Below, one piece after another: positions 17,066-24,533 of a DNA stretch of 33,148 nt. The notes beneath the pieces were generated by a model. It did not search any database. It was not told the DNA's origin and saw nothing but the letters and a program-made list of their open reading frames with translations. Positions within the stretch are counted from its first letter, which is position 1. Each line of letters begins with the position of its first letter. The position numbers and the translations under genes were made by a program. The DNA is from Woeseiaceae bacterium (GTDB lineage: Bacteria; Pseudomonadota; Gammaproteobacteria; Steroidobacterales; Woeseiaceae). The DNA lies in the NCBI GenBank assembly GCA_047620565.1, contig JBLHLN010000001.1:1-33148 (forward strand), given 5' to 3'.

Positions 17066-17974
17066 TTAGTACATGTGCACTGCAAGTACATGTAACAAGG
17101 CGGAAATAATCATCATGAAAAAAAGCGGCAAATGCAGAACATGCCAAATAGAAAGAAATTTCTCGTACAACGTGAATTGAGCGACATTGCTCATCTGATG
17201 CACAAATTTTCGTATGTACAAAGAGGTGGATTTCTTCAGGCGCGGCAGGTCTCGGTCAATTGTCGGAGACTCAGCGGCGCGCTCCTTCAATTCCCGGTTC
17301 GCTGCCCGTGATAATGAAAACCAAAGCGTATAGCGACGAATTTTCCACTTCAGGCTTGCGCTGCTTTTTATCGTTCGGGTAAATTGATCGCCCTGGACTT
17401 CCGCGGAAACTGCTTCCAGTCGCTTTGTCAGGCCCGGCAACAGGTTCGCGAAACCGCTGTTTGCTTCAAGTGAGTTCTGCAGATCATTACGTAATTCGTT
17501 CAGGCTGGTTTTCCGACCGTACAGGCCCCTGTGTACATGAGCATAAATGTGCCTCCCGACAATACCGCTGCCGGCGACAAGCAACATGCAGTAAAGGGCG
17601 ACCTTGCTATTAAATGAGCCAAGTCGAAAATTGGAGTGGTACAAAATCAATAGCGGCCCGAGCAGGCCGAGTATCATATGAATGCGGAACCAGCCGCTTG
17701 TGGTGCCAAGAAATCCGAAGGCCTTTAGTCGCTTTCGTAGCGGATATAACAGCAGCACCAACATCATTGAGCCACCAATGATACCGAGCCAATAGCCAAC
17801 ACCGTATTCGGCGTCGATGAAGCCGTAGTCCCGCAGCAACCAGCCGATACCGATGGCGATCGTTAATAGCGTGTAACTGTAAAAAGTACTGCTTTGCCGG
17901 GTTTCCCTGGTGCCGAACAAACGTTCGCGGAAATTGCCGGACGCAAAAGCCGTGTCGAGGGTCGTTTCATTCAT
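17066..17974 (-). CDS. 5-TM His-rich inner-membrane protein with two Hx13H motifs (candidate dihaem b-type electron-transfer subunit)
   Basis: Residues are numbered on the 319-aa track ORF. TM3 (FRIHMILGLLGPLLILYH) has H116 and H130 separated by 13 residues. The C-terminal TM (WHVLHLPLFFMMIISALLHVLAVH) has H298 and H312, also separated by 13. A ~120-aa amphipathic soluble insert lies between TM4 and TM5. The preferred ATG at 17974 (MNETTLD) overlaps the upstream gene by 8 nt. I recognise no named family. Confidence 0.6.
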   Translation of the reverse strand: MNETTLDTAFASGNFRERLFGTRETRQSSTFYSYTLLTIAIGIGWLLRDYGFIDAEYGVGYWLGIIGGSMMLVLLLYPLRKRLKAFGFLGTTSGWFRIHMILGLLGPLLILYHSNFRLGSFNSKVALYCMLLVAGSGIVGRHIYAHVHRGLYGRKTSLNELRNDLQNSLEANSGFANLLPGLTKRLEAVSAEVQGDQFTRTIKSSASLKWKIRRYTLWFSLSRAANRELKERAAESPTIDRDLPRLKKSTSLYIRKFVHQMSNVAQFTLYEKFLSIWHVLHLPLFFMMIISALLHVLAVHMY

Positions 17975-18791
17975 TGACCGACCCCTCGCCAGCGCCGGTA
18001 ATAAGCAATTCGACAAGGTCGCCATTGGCCGGGACTATCGGCGCCGATGTGACCTCGAAACTATTTAGCGTATCGCCGGCATTTCCGGAGCGAGACACCT
18101 TTGCCGTTACGACCAGTTGCGCGTAATCCGACATGCTGGTTCCGGGTACCATTGCCTGCTCATCCGATAGTTCAAACTCCAGCGGCAGATCGGCAACCGA
18201 CTTGCGCAAGGCAGCAACCGGCATTCGCTGTTCAACCGACTCTTTGGCGAAGATAAAAATCGTATCGCTCATTTGCACCTGCACGGCGACCTCGGGGGAT
18301 AAGGACAAGCGTCCACGAATTCCAGTACTCGCAGGACTGCTCGCGACATTGTCGTCGTCACTCGAGCCGTATAGTGATTTCTCCAGTTCAGGGTGCGACT
18401 GGCCGAGCGAGGTAGCTTTTTCGTAGGCGGCGATCGCTTCCTTTTTTTGCCCGAGATGGTCATAAGAGCGCGCAAGCAGTAACCAGCCAGCGCCATCGTC
18501 CGGCTGTTTTTGCAGACGTGCCTTCAGTCCATCAATAAGGCTGTCAACCGTTGGAACTCCGTCGCTGCTTTTCGTGCTGACCGGGTTCTGATGTTGTGCA
18601 CGAGGCTCTTCGGTTATGGCTGCCGGTGTGCCCAGCGCTACGTAGAGGCCGACAGCAGTTATCGGCACCAGTACAGCGAGCAGAAATCGGGGGGATCGGA
18701 GCAGGCGTTTTGCCGGCCCAAGCGGGAGCGCAACGATCATGATCGCTGCTACCAGCATCATAATGATCATCCCCCAGAAAAAGTACGACAT
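17967..18791 (-). CDS. ccmI: CcmI/CycH-like c-type cytochrome biogenesis (apocytochrome chaperone) protein, stand-alone copy
   Basis: Two N-terminal TM helices flank a basic loop (IMIVALPLGPAKRLLRSPRFLLAVLVPITAVGLYV). A TPR segment follows (GAGWLLLARSYDHLGQKKEAIAAYEKATSLG). The C-terminal domain is CcmI-type (IRGRLSLSPEVA...TIFIFAKES...RMPVAALRKSVADLPLEFELSDEQAMVPG...VVTAKVSRSGNAGDTL). Confidence 0.7.
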   Translation of the reverse strand: MSYFFWGMIIMMLVAAIMIVALPLGPAKRLLRSPRFLLAVLVPITAVGLYVALGTPAAITEEPRAQHQNPVSTKSSDGVPTVDSLIDGLKARLQKQPDDGAGWLLLARSYDHLGQKKEAIAAYEKATSLGQSHPELEKSLYGSSDDDNVASSPASTGIRGRLSLSPEVAVQVQMSDTIFIFAKESVEQRMPVAALRKSVADLPLEFELSDEQAMVPGTSMSDYAQLVVTAKVSRSGNAGDTLNSFEVTSAPIVPANGDLVELLITGAGEGSVNE

Positions 18792-19180
18792 ATGTTTCTT
18801 CCTAACAGCTAAAATCCGGCCGCATTCTACTTATGTTCACCAGAACTGCCAGCGTATTTCCGCAACTCGTTGTGAACCGGTTCGCAAACGTGATTGAGCA
18901 CTCTTTAGTACACGAAAACTACGCAAATTAGGTTCCACTAATTCACAAAAAATCTAAAAAAAACAAATACCTGTCGCTTTTTGCAGACAAAGCGAGATGG
19001 AATGAGAATCACTTGCATTGGAAGGATGTTTTTTGCCAAATTTGCATCAGTTTGTCGCTCGTATTGCTCGCTTTGCTTTTGCCGGAAATAGTCAAATTTG
19101 CGTAGCGTGAACTGATTGATGAACGAGCGGAAAACTCCCGGTATGCTCTGGCCGAACAGAAATATGCCAGCGGACTAATT

Positions 19181-20500
19181 GTGAGCGGATCCTTACTTAA
19201 CTACCTGTACCTGATACCAGTAATCATCCTGGTGGGCTGGTACATGCGTCGCCACTCAAACCTTGAAAAGCGCAGTCTGGAAGCGTTACGGATCGCTACT
19301 GAAGCCGGCATGCTGGAGCCGCCAACGCTGCATCCCGAGATTGACCTGAATACCTGCATAGGCTGCAAATCCTGTGTTGCTGCCTGTCCGGAACAGGACT
19401 CGCACGTGGTGCTTGGCATGATCGGAAAAAAAGCGCGCCTCGTCGGGCCGTCTGATTGCATCGGTCATGGTGCCTGCAAAACAGCATGCCCGGTCGGCGC
19501 AATTAAGCTTGTATTCGGTACCGCCACGCGCGGCGTGGATATCCCGGTCGTCAAACCAAATTTCGAGACGGACGTTCCAGGCATTTTCATTGCCGGCGAA
19601 CTCGGCGGCATGGGACTGATTCGAAATGCGATCGAGCAGGGTAGACAAGCAATGCAGTCGATCAGTGAACTGCTGAAGAAGAAACACAATAACGATCATG
19701 ACATCGTTATCGTTGGCGCGGGTCCGGCAGGCTTTTCAGCGTCCCTGGGTGCGAAAGCGGCGAACATGAAGTGCGTGACCATTGAGCAGGAAACACTCGG
19801 CGGCACTGTTGCGCATTTTCCGCGACGAAAACTGGTTATGACGCAGCCGGCGGAATTACCGATAGTGGGCAAGGTTTCCTTTAAGGAAGTGCAGAAAGAA
19901 GACTTAATGGAATTTTGGCAGAAGGTTGAGAAAGACACCGCTGTCGAAATCAATTACAACGAGCGGGTTGAGTCGGTGCAGCCGGTATCGGGCGGCACCG
20001 GTTACCTGGTAGAAACCAATCGCGGCAAATACAACACGCGGACATTACTCCTGACGATCGGGCGGCGAGGTACGCCGCGTACCCTTGGCGTGCCCGGTGA
20101 AGAGTTGCCAAAAGTTGCGTATCGGCTCATCGATCCCGAGCAATACAAAGACCAGCATGTGCTGGTCGTTGGCGGCGGTGATAGTGCGCTCGAAGCTGCG
20201 ACCAGCATTGCAGAGGAGCACGGGACAACCGTTACACTCTCATATCGTTCTGGCGCTTTTGCTCGAGCCAAACAGAAAAATCGCGAAAAGATCGAGGCCA
20301 TGCAGGGAGCCGGAAGACTGCGCGTGTTGCTGAATTCCAATGTAAAAGAAATAACAGAGGATGCAGTAACCATTGCTCTTGAAGATACTGAGGAGACCAT
20401 CGAGAATAATTTTGTGATCGTTTCTGCCGGCGGCATCCTGCCAACGAAGTTCTTGCAAAGTATCGGCATCATCGTGGAAACAAAATGGGGCAATGAGTAG
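19181..20500 (+). CDS. Membrane-anchored 2x[4Fe-4S] ferredoxin domain fused to an FAD/NAD(P)H oxidoreductase (thioredoxin-reductase-like fold)
   Basis: GTG start. The N-terminal TM helix is LLNYLYLIPVIILVGWYM. The two cluster motifs are CIGCKSCVAACP and CIGHGACKTACP. The dinucleotide motifs are IVIVGAGPAGFSA and VLVVGGGDSALEAA. A GD-type FAD motif (VPGIFIAGELGGMGLIRNAIEQGRQA) lies before rather than after the Rossmann motifs. Confidence 0.8.
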   Translation: MSGSLLNYLYLIPVIILVGWYMRRHSNLEKRSLEALRIATEAGMLEPPTLHPEIDLNTCIGCKSCVAACPEQDSHVVLGMIGKKARLVGPSDCIGHGACKTACPVGAIKLVFGTATRGVDIPVVKPNFETDVPGIFIAGELGGMGLIRNAIEQGRQAMQSISELLKKKHNNDHDIVIVGAGPAGFSASLGAKAANMKCVTIEQETLGGTVAHFPRRKLVMTQPAELPIVGKVSFKEVQKEDLMEFWQKVEKDTAVEINYNERVESVQPVSGGTGYLVETNRGKYNTRTLLLTIGRRGTPRTLGVPGEELPKVAYRLIDPEQYKDQHVLVVGGGDSALEAATSIAEEHGTTVTLSYRSGAFARAKQKNREKIEAMQGAGRLRVLLNSNVKEITEDAVTIALEDTEETIENNFVIVSAGGILPTKFLQSIGIIVETKWGNE

Positions 20501-20623
20501 TTAGCGACCGGGAAAAAATGCTGCGTCGGCAGGTCGCACGAATATGCCAGCGTTTTCCAGATAGAAAGATTATTGATTTGGCGTGTCCGGTGGCCTAATT
20601 CTGTTCGACGATTCAGTCGGTCA

Positions 20624-20998
20624 CTATTTGCAATCGATACATCCATCCCGGTGACGTTTGTAAGCTCCCGCTGACATTGTGAAAAATATCGCTGACATGG
20701 AAAATGTAAGGTATTCGGGGTCAGGGCGTGTGACAGTCAGGTAAATACCGGTTATGAGCAGGATCAAGCCAAAGAAAAAATAGGTCGATACCGATGCCGG
20801 TATTGGTGGGTTTGGGCCCAGCCCGGAGCTTTGCCTTAGCCTGTCTGTCAACAGAACTGTCTGCCGCAGCGCTTCTGTGCAATCTGCACTACACGAAATC
20901 TTCTGTCCCGAATATTCACAACAATCGGCACAGGCAGCCCGACCACAGTTCCTGCAGACGGCGATCGCGACCTCTTCTCTGTGTTTGTAACAATTCAT
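20624..20998 (-). CDS. Small zinc-ribbon (B-box-like, Cys-rich) protein with two C-terminal TM helices
   Basis: The N-terminus MNCYKHREEVAIAVCRNCGRAACADCCEYSGQKISCSADC carries multiple CxxC pairs. Two hydrophobic helices follow (YFFFGLILLITGIYLTV and FSMSAIFFTMSAGAY). Confidence 0.6.
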   Translation of the reverse strand: MNCYKHREEVAIAVCRNCGRAACADCCEYSGQKISCSADCTEALRQTVLLTDRLRQSSGLGPNPPIPASVSTYFFFGLILLITGIYLTVTRPDPEYLTFSMSAIFFTMSAGAYKRHRDGCIDCK

Positions 20999-21016
20999 TG
21001 GTCAATACTCTTTGTA

Positions 21017-21064
21017 CCTTGTTGAGGACCCCTTGTTGAGGACCCCTTGTTGAGGACCCCTTTG
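21017..21064. repeat. Tandem direct repeat, 14-bp unit CCTTGTTGAGGACC x3 plus a partial copy
   Basis: Read directly from the sequence: the GTTGAG registers start at 21021, 21035 and 21049, giving a 14-bp period. The repeat lies 19-66 nt upstream of the ATG (20998) of the zinc-ribbon gene, in the divergent intergenic region. Confidence 0.9.
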
Positions 21065-21176
21065 AATTCCGATTTATTACGTTGTGAGGGCGCATTTGGT
21101 CGCAGCGGAGGCCAGAACGGCCCCTTTGATTAATTCGCACCAGCGGGGTACAACACTGTCTTGTCCTGGTTAGGAA

Positions 21177-21986
21177 ATGGATCCGCCTGATCGTCATCCG
21201 GGCAGGAAGACGATCAGATATTGGAATACGCGAATGATTAGCTGGATCAAAGGCTTGTTCGGTGGTCGCACAGCGATTGATGCCGGCCGGCATAACCCGG
21301 TATTGGCCGCAGCCGTGCAAAAATCGGCGCAAATATTCGAGGAAACACCGCTGCGTGACCTCATCAGCGATGCTGAAAGAGAGGCGCTGGCGCGAGAGCT
21401 TTACCTCGAGATAAACAGAATCAGCAATGCCAACGACCCCAGCGCTGCCTGTCGCGATAGCCTGGCAGAAACGATGCTGAAATTTGCCCGTTACCAGGTC
21501 CTGGTGATTCCGCCGCAGCCCGAAGCAGATCCAAGCGGCCTGCGAGCGCAACCTGGCATATCGGGGGAGTTGTCGCAGCACCTGGCTGAGGTCGCCAGAA
21601 GAGCCGAAAACCTGAGAACGGACCTGTATGGCATGAGCGGGTCAGCAACATTCGACAATGTTTCGGAACGGGTCCAGGCGCTTTACTGGAAGACCTACTG
21701 GCGCCTCGAGTCAATAAACGCGACCAGAATCGAACTCGGTGACCACATTTTAAACAACGACTGGTATTTGCCGTTCAAGCATGCAGCTTGTGCATCCGCG
21801 GAGCACGTTTATCGGCATTTGCTCGAACTGCCACCCGCTTTCGAAGAAGACATAGCCAAGCCGGTGTCGACTGCCTACTCAATCTATACTGACATCGTCG
21901 TATCAGGTGCGGCTGATCCGGACAGCGAGTGGCGCGACTACTACAAAGACAGCAACATTCCTGTCCCGCATTTCGAAAACCACTAA
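21177..21986 (+). CDS. Hypothetical protein with no recognisable family
   Basis: This long ORF has ordinary amino-acid composition, unlike the Arg-rich antisense ORF at 20916-21581. The start is uncertain: ATG at 21177, or ATG at 21234 (MISWIKGLFGG...). Confidence 0.5.
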   Translation: MDPPDRHPGRKTIRYWNTRMISWIKGLFGGRTAIDAGRHNPVLAAAVQKSAQIFEETPLRDLISDAEREALARELYLEINRISNANDPSAACRDSLAETMLKFARYQVLVIPPQPEADPSGLRAQPGISGELSQHLAEVARRAENLRTDLYGMSGSATFDNVSERVQALYWKTYWRLESINATRIELGDHILNNDWYLPFKHAACASAEHVYRHLLELPPAFEEDIAKPVSTAYSIYTDIVVSGAADPDSEWRDYYKDSNIPVPHFENH

Positions 21987-22010
21987 GTCCAGTTACGAGC
22001 TATCTACGCC

Positions 22011-23204
22011 GTGAGCAGGGAAAAGTGGCAAACACCGATCGTATTGCTCACGCTCCTGAGTCTCGCAATGCCGATTGCATTTAATACCTGGACTGCGTTG
22101 TTGAACAATTTCGTCGTCGAAAGAGCGGCCTTTACCGGTATTGAGATTGGCATCCTGCATAGCCTGCGGGAAATACCCGGCTTTCTCGCATTCACGGCTG
22201 TCTTTGTGTTGCTCATCATTCGGGAACAGACACTTTTGGTACTGGCGCTTGCAACAATGGGTCTCGGCGTTGCAATAACCGGGTTCTTTCCTACTGTATA
22301 CGGCCTCTATTTTACGACGGTGGTGATGTCGCTTGGGTTTCACTATTTTGAATCAGTGAAGCAGTCACTGGCGTTGCAATGGCTTACCAGGGAGGAGGCG
22401 CCTCAAGTTCTCGGCAAACTTATTTCCGTTGCTTCCGTCACATCATTGATTGTGTACGGAACGCTTTGGGTATTGCTGGAAATTTTTGGCTTGGACTACC
22501 TGTGGAATTTCCTGATCGCGGGTATCCTTTGCATTGGCCTGGCCGCGATTGCGTGGTTCGGATTTCCGCATTTTTCTGGCAGGACGCAACAGCACAAACA
22601 TCTCGTCCTTCGAAAACGATACTGGCTTTACTACGCCCTGATTTTTTTCTCCGGAGCAAGGCGGCAAATTTTTATGGTGTTCGCGGCGTTCCTGATGGTA
22701 GAGAAGTTCGGCTACACAGCCGCCCAGGTAACTTTGCTGTTCCTGATCAACTACTCGTTCAATTGGCTGTTCGCAGAACGTATCGGAATAGTCATACGCA
22801 GAATCGGCGAACGTACGTCGTTAAGCATCGAATATACTGGGCTTATCCTCGTATTCACCGCCTATGCGTACGTGGAAAACGCCTACCTGGCAGCCGGGCT
22901 CTACGTCATCGATCACATGTTTTTCGCACTCTATATAGCGATGTCGACTTACTTCCAGAAAATTGCGGACCCGGCGGATATTGCAAGTAGCGCTGGCGTT
23001 TCCTTTACAATCAACCACATAGCGGCGGTGGTCGTACCTGCCGCCCTGGGACTGGTGTGGGTGGTTTCGCATTCAGCCGTATTCTTCTTTGGTACCGGTT
23101 TCGCCGTTTGCTCTCTATTGCTTGCACAGAATGTGCCGGCCGACCCACGTCCCGGGAACGAGGCAATCTTCGGCAAGGTACGCATGCTGGAGAATCAGGC
23201 CTGA
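22011..23204 (+). CDS. MFS-type transporter (about 12 TM helices)
   Basis: GTG start. The product has 11-12 hydrophobic helices in a 6+6 arrangement with a central basic loop (GRTQQHKHLVLRKRYW). The MFS assignment rests on topology only. Confidence 0.55.
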   Translation: MSREKWQTPIVLLTLLSLAMPIAFNTWTALLNNFVVERAAFTGIEIGILHSLREIPGFLAFTAVFVLLIIREQTLLVLALATMGLGVAITGFFPTVYGLYFTTVVMSLGFHYFESVKQSLALQWLTREEAPQVLGKLISVASVTSLIVYGTLWVLLEIFGLDYLWNFLIAGILCIGLAAIAWFGFPHFSGRTQQHKHLVLRKRYWLYYALIFFSGARRQIFMVFAAFLMVEKFGYTAAQVTLLFLINYSFNWLFAERIGIVIRRIGERTSLSIEYTGLILVFTAYAYVENAYLAAGLYVIDHMFFALYIAMSTYFQKIADPADIASSAGVSFTINHIAAVVVPAALGLVWVVSHSAVFFFGTGFAVCSLLLAQNVPADPRPGNEAIFGKVRMLENQA

Positions 23205-23222
23205 CTCCGGCCGAAACTGCGC

Positions 23223-23651
23223 TTAGCCGAAAGTTGCGTTGTCTGTAATGCGCACTCCTTTGGTCAGTGTCTTATGCACGGGGCAGCGGCTAACTATCTG
23301 TGCGAGCCTCTTCTTTTGCGCATCATCGAAGTTACCTTCGATGTAAACATTGCTCGTGATCATCTGAATAAATCCTTTGTCTGATTCGTCACAGTCCGCA
23401 CAGTCATCTGCGTGTACGTTTGAGAAATCGTAACTGGCTCTGACCGCCTTCAGTTCAATGCCTTTGTGCCTGCAGTACATCAGTAACGTCAGGCAGGTGC
23501 AGGCTGCCAGCGAACTTAGTAAGAGTTCGTAAGGATCAGGGCCGCTATCGGTACCACCGGCGCGGACCGGCTCATCTGCATTCCAGCTATGCCTGCCATT
23601 TGAAAGAACGACTTCGGATCCCGATGTCAATTCTGCTGTGATCTGGCTCAT
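23223..23651 (-). CDS. OsmC/Ohr-family peroxiredoxin-like protein
   Basis: GGTDSGPDPYELLLSSLAACTCLTLLMYCRHKGI and the C-terminal CPVHKTL are characteristic OsmC-family motifs. Confidence 0.8.
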   Translation of the reverse strand: MSQITAELTSGSEVVLSNGRHSWNADEPVRAGGTDSGPDPYELLLSSLAACTCLTLLMYCRHKGIELKAVRASYDFSNVHADDCADCDESDKGFIQMITSNVYIEGNFDDAQKKRLAQIVSRCPVHKTLTKGVRITDNATFG

Positions 23652-23707
23652 GTCGCTTGCTCCAAAAGGAAGTTCTTGCCGGCTCTTATTAATATACGAT
23701 TACGTAC

Positions 23708-24448
23708 ATGGATACATCCCTAATTGCACTGATCGCATTCGTGGTTGCGGGATTCGTCAAGGGCGTGCTCGGTTTTGGTTTTCCTATTGTAGCGCTGATC
23801 GTCCTGACGCTTGCTTTTGGACTGTTCGATGCACTGGCCATTATCGTGGTGCCGACCCTGGCTACCAACATCTGGCAGGCGCTGTCTGGTGACTACCTCG
23901 GCGAAATAATGCGGCGCATGTGGCTTTACTTTCTCGTCGCGCTGATAGCAATTTTCACAACCTCATTCTTCATTGCAGATATCAATGTAAATTGGTTGAC
24001 CGGCATGCTCGGCGGCGTATTGTTTTTATTCTCCTTGTCGCGGTTGCTCAATTTTCATTTCGTCGTGCCGCGTGACCGCGAACCGATTCTGTCCCTGGTG
24101 CTTGGCGCAATCAATGGTGCGCTGACCGGGTTCACCGGGTCCTTCATGGTGCCGTCCGTGCTGTACATGCAGGCGCTTGGATTCAACCGCGACATGCTCG
24201 TCCAGGCGATGGGGACATTTTTCGCATTGTCGACAATCATGCTTGCTGTGTCCCTCAGTAGTAACGACCTCATATCAGGAGACCAGTTGAAGGTATCGGT
24301 TATTGCGCTGGTGCCCGCATTCGCCGGTGTTTTTGCTGGTCGATGGGTTCGTAAACAGGTCAATGAGGAACACTTCCAGAAACTATTTCTGGCCATGGTG
24401 CTGGTCCTTGGCGCATACATCATGATGCGTGCGGCATTGGCCCTTTGA
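23708..24448 (+). CDS. TauE/SafE-family (DUF81) anion exporter membrane protein
   Basis: The product is 246 aa with about 8 TM helices. The N-terminus LIAFVVAGFVKGVLGFGFPIVALIVL and the internal repeat LGAINGALTGFTGSFMVP are typical of TauE/SafE permeases. Confidence 0.75.
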   Translation: MDTSLIALIAFVVAGFVKGVLGFGFPIVALIVLTLAFGLFDALAIIVVPTLATNIWQALSGDYLGEIMRRMWLYFLVALIAIFTTSFFIADINVNWLTGMLGGVLFLFSLSRLLNFHFVVPRDREPILSLVLGAINGALTGFTGSFMVPSVLYMQALGFNRDMLVQAMGTFFALSTIMLAVSLSSNDLISGDQLKVSVIALVPAFAGVFAGRWVRKQVNEEHFQKLFLAMVLVLGAYIMMRAALAL

Positions 24449-24533
24449 TACGCATTTGCACGCCGGGCCTGTGTAGTCGAGAATTGCTGATCCGGCATGC
24501 CGGACAAGTTAAATACTAGGGGGATAAAGAGCT

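Noticed and set aside
20501-20623. A possible intrinsic terminator hairpin (GCGACC...GGTCGC, about 20504-20537) between the convergent genes.
   Set aside because: The stem is only 6 bp, the loop is about 22 nt, and there is no U-tract. This is too weak to call.
20002-21581. ORFs 20002-20646 (-, 214 aa) and 20916-21581 (-, 221 aa).
   Set aside because: The first is entirely antisense to the well-supported Fe-S flavoprotein gene. The second is Arg-rich and low-complexity, and it overlaps both the zinc-ribbon gene start and the hypothetical gene on the other strand. Neither has a recognisable motif.
22379-22990. ORF 22379-22990 (+, 203 aa), in an alternative frame within the MFS-type gene.
   Set aside because: It lies on the same strand but out of frame inside a 397-aa ORF with coherent TM-helix periodicity. 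Its own translation is Arg/Gly-rich with no hydrophobic structure.
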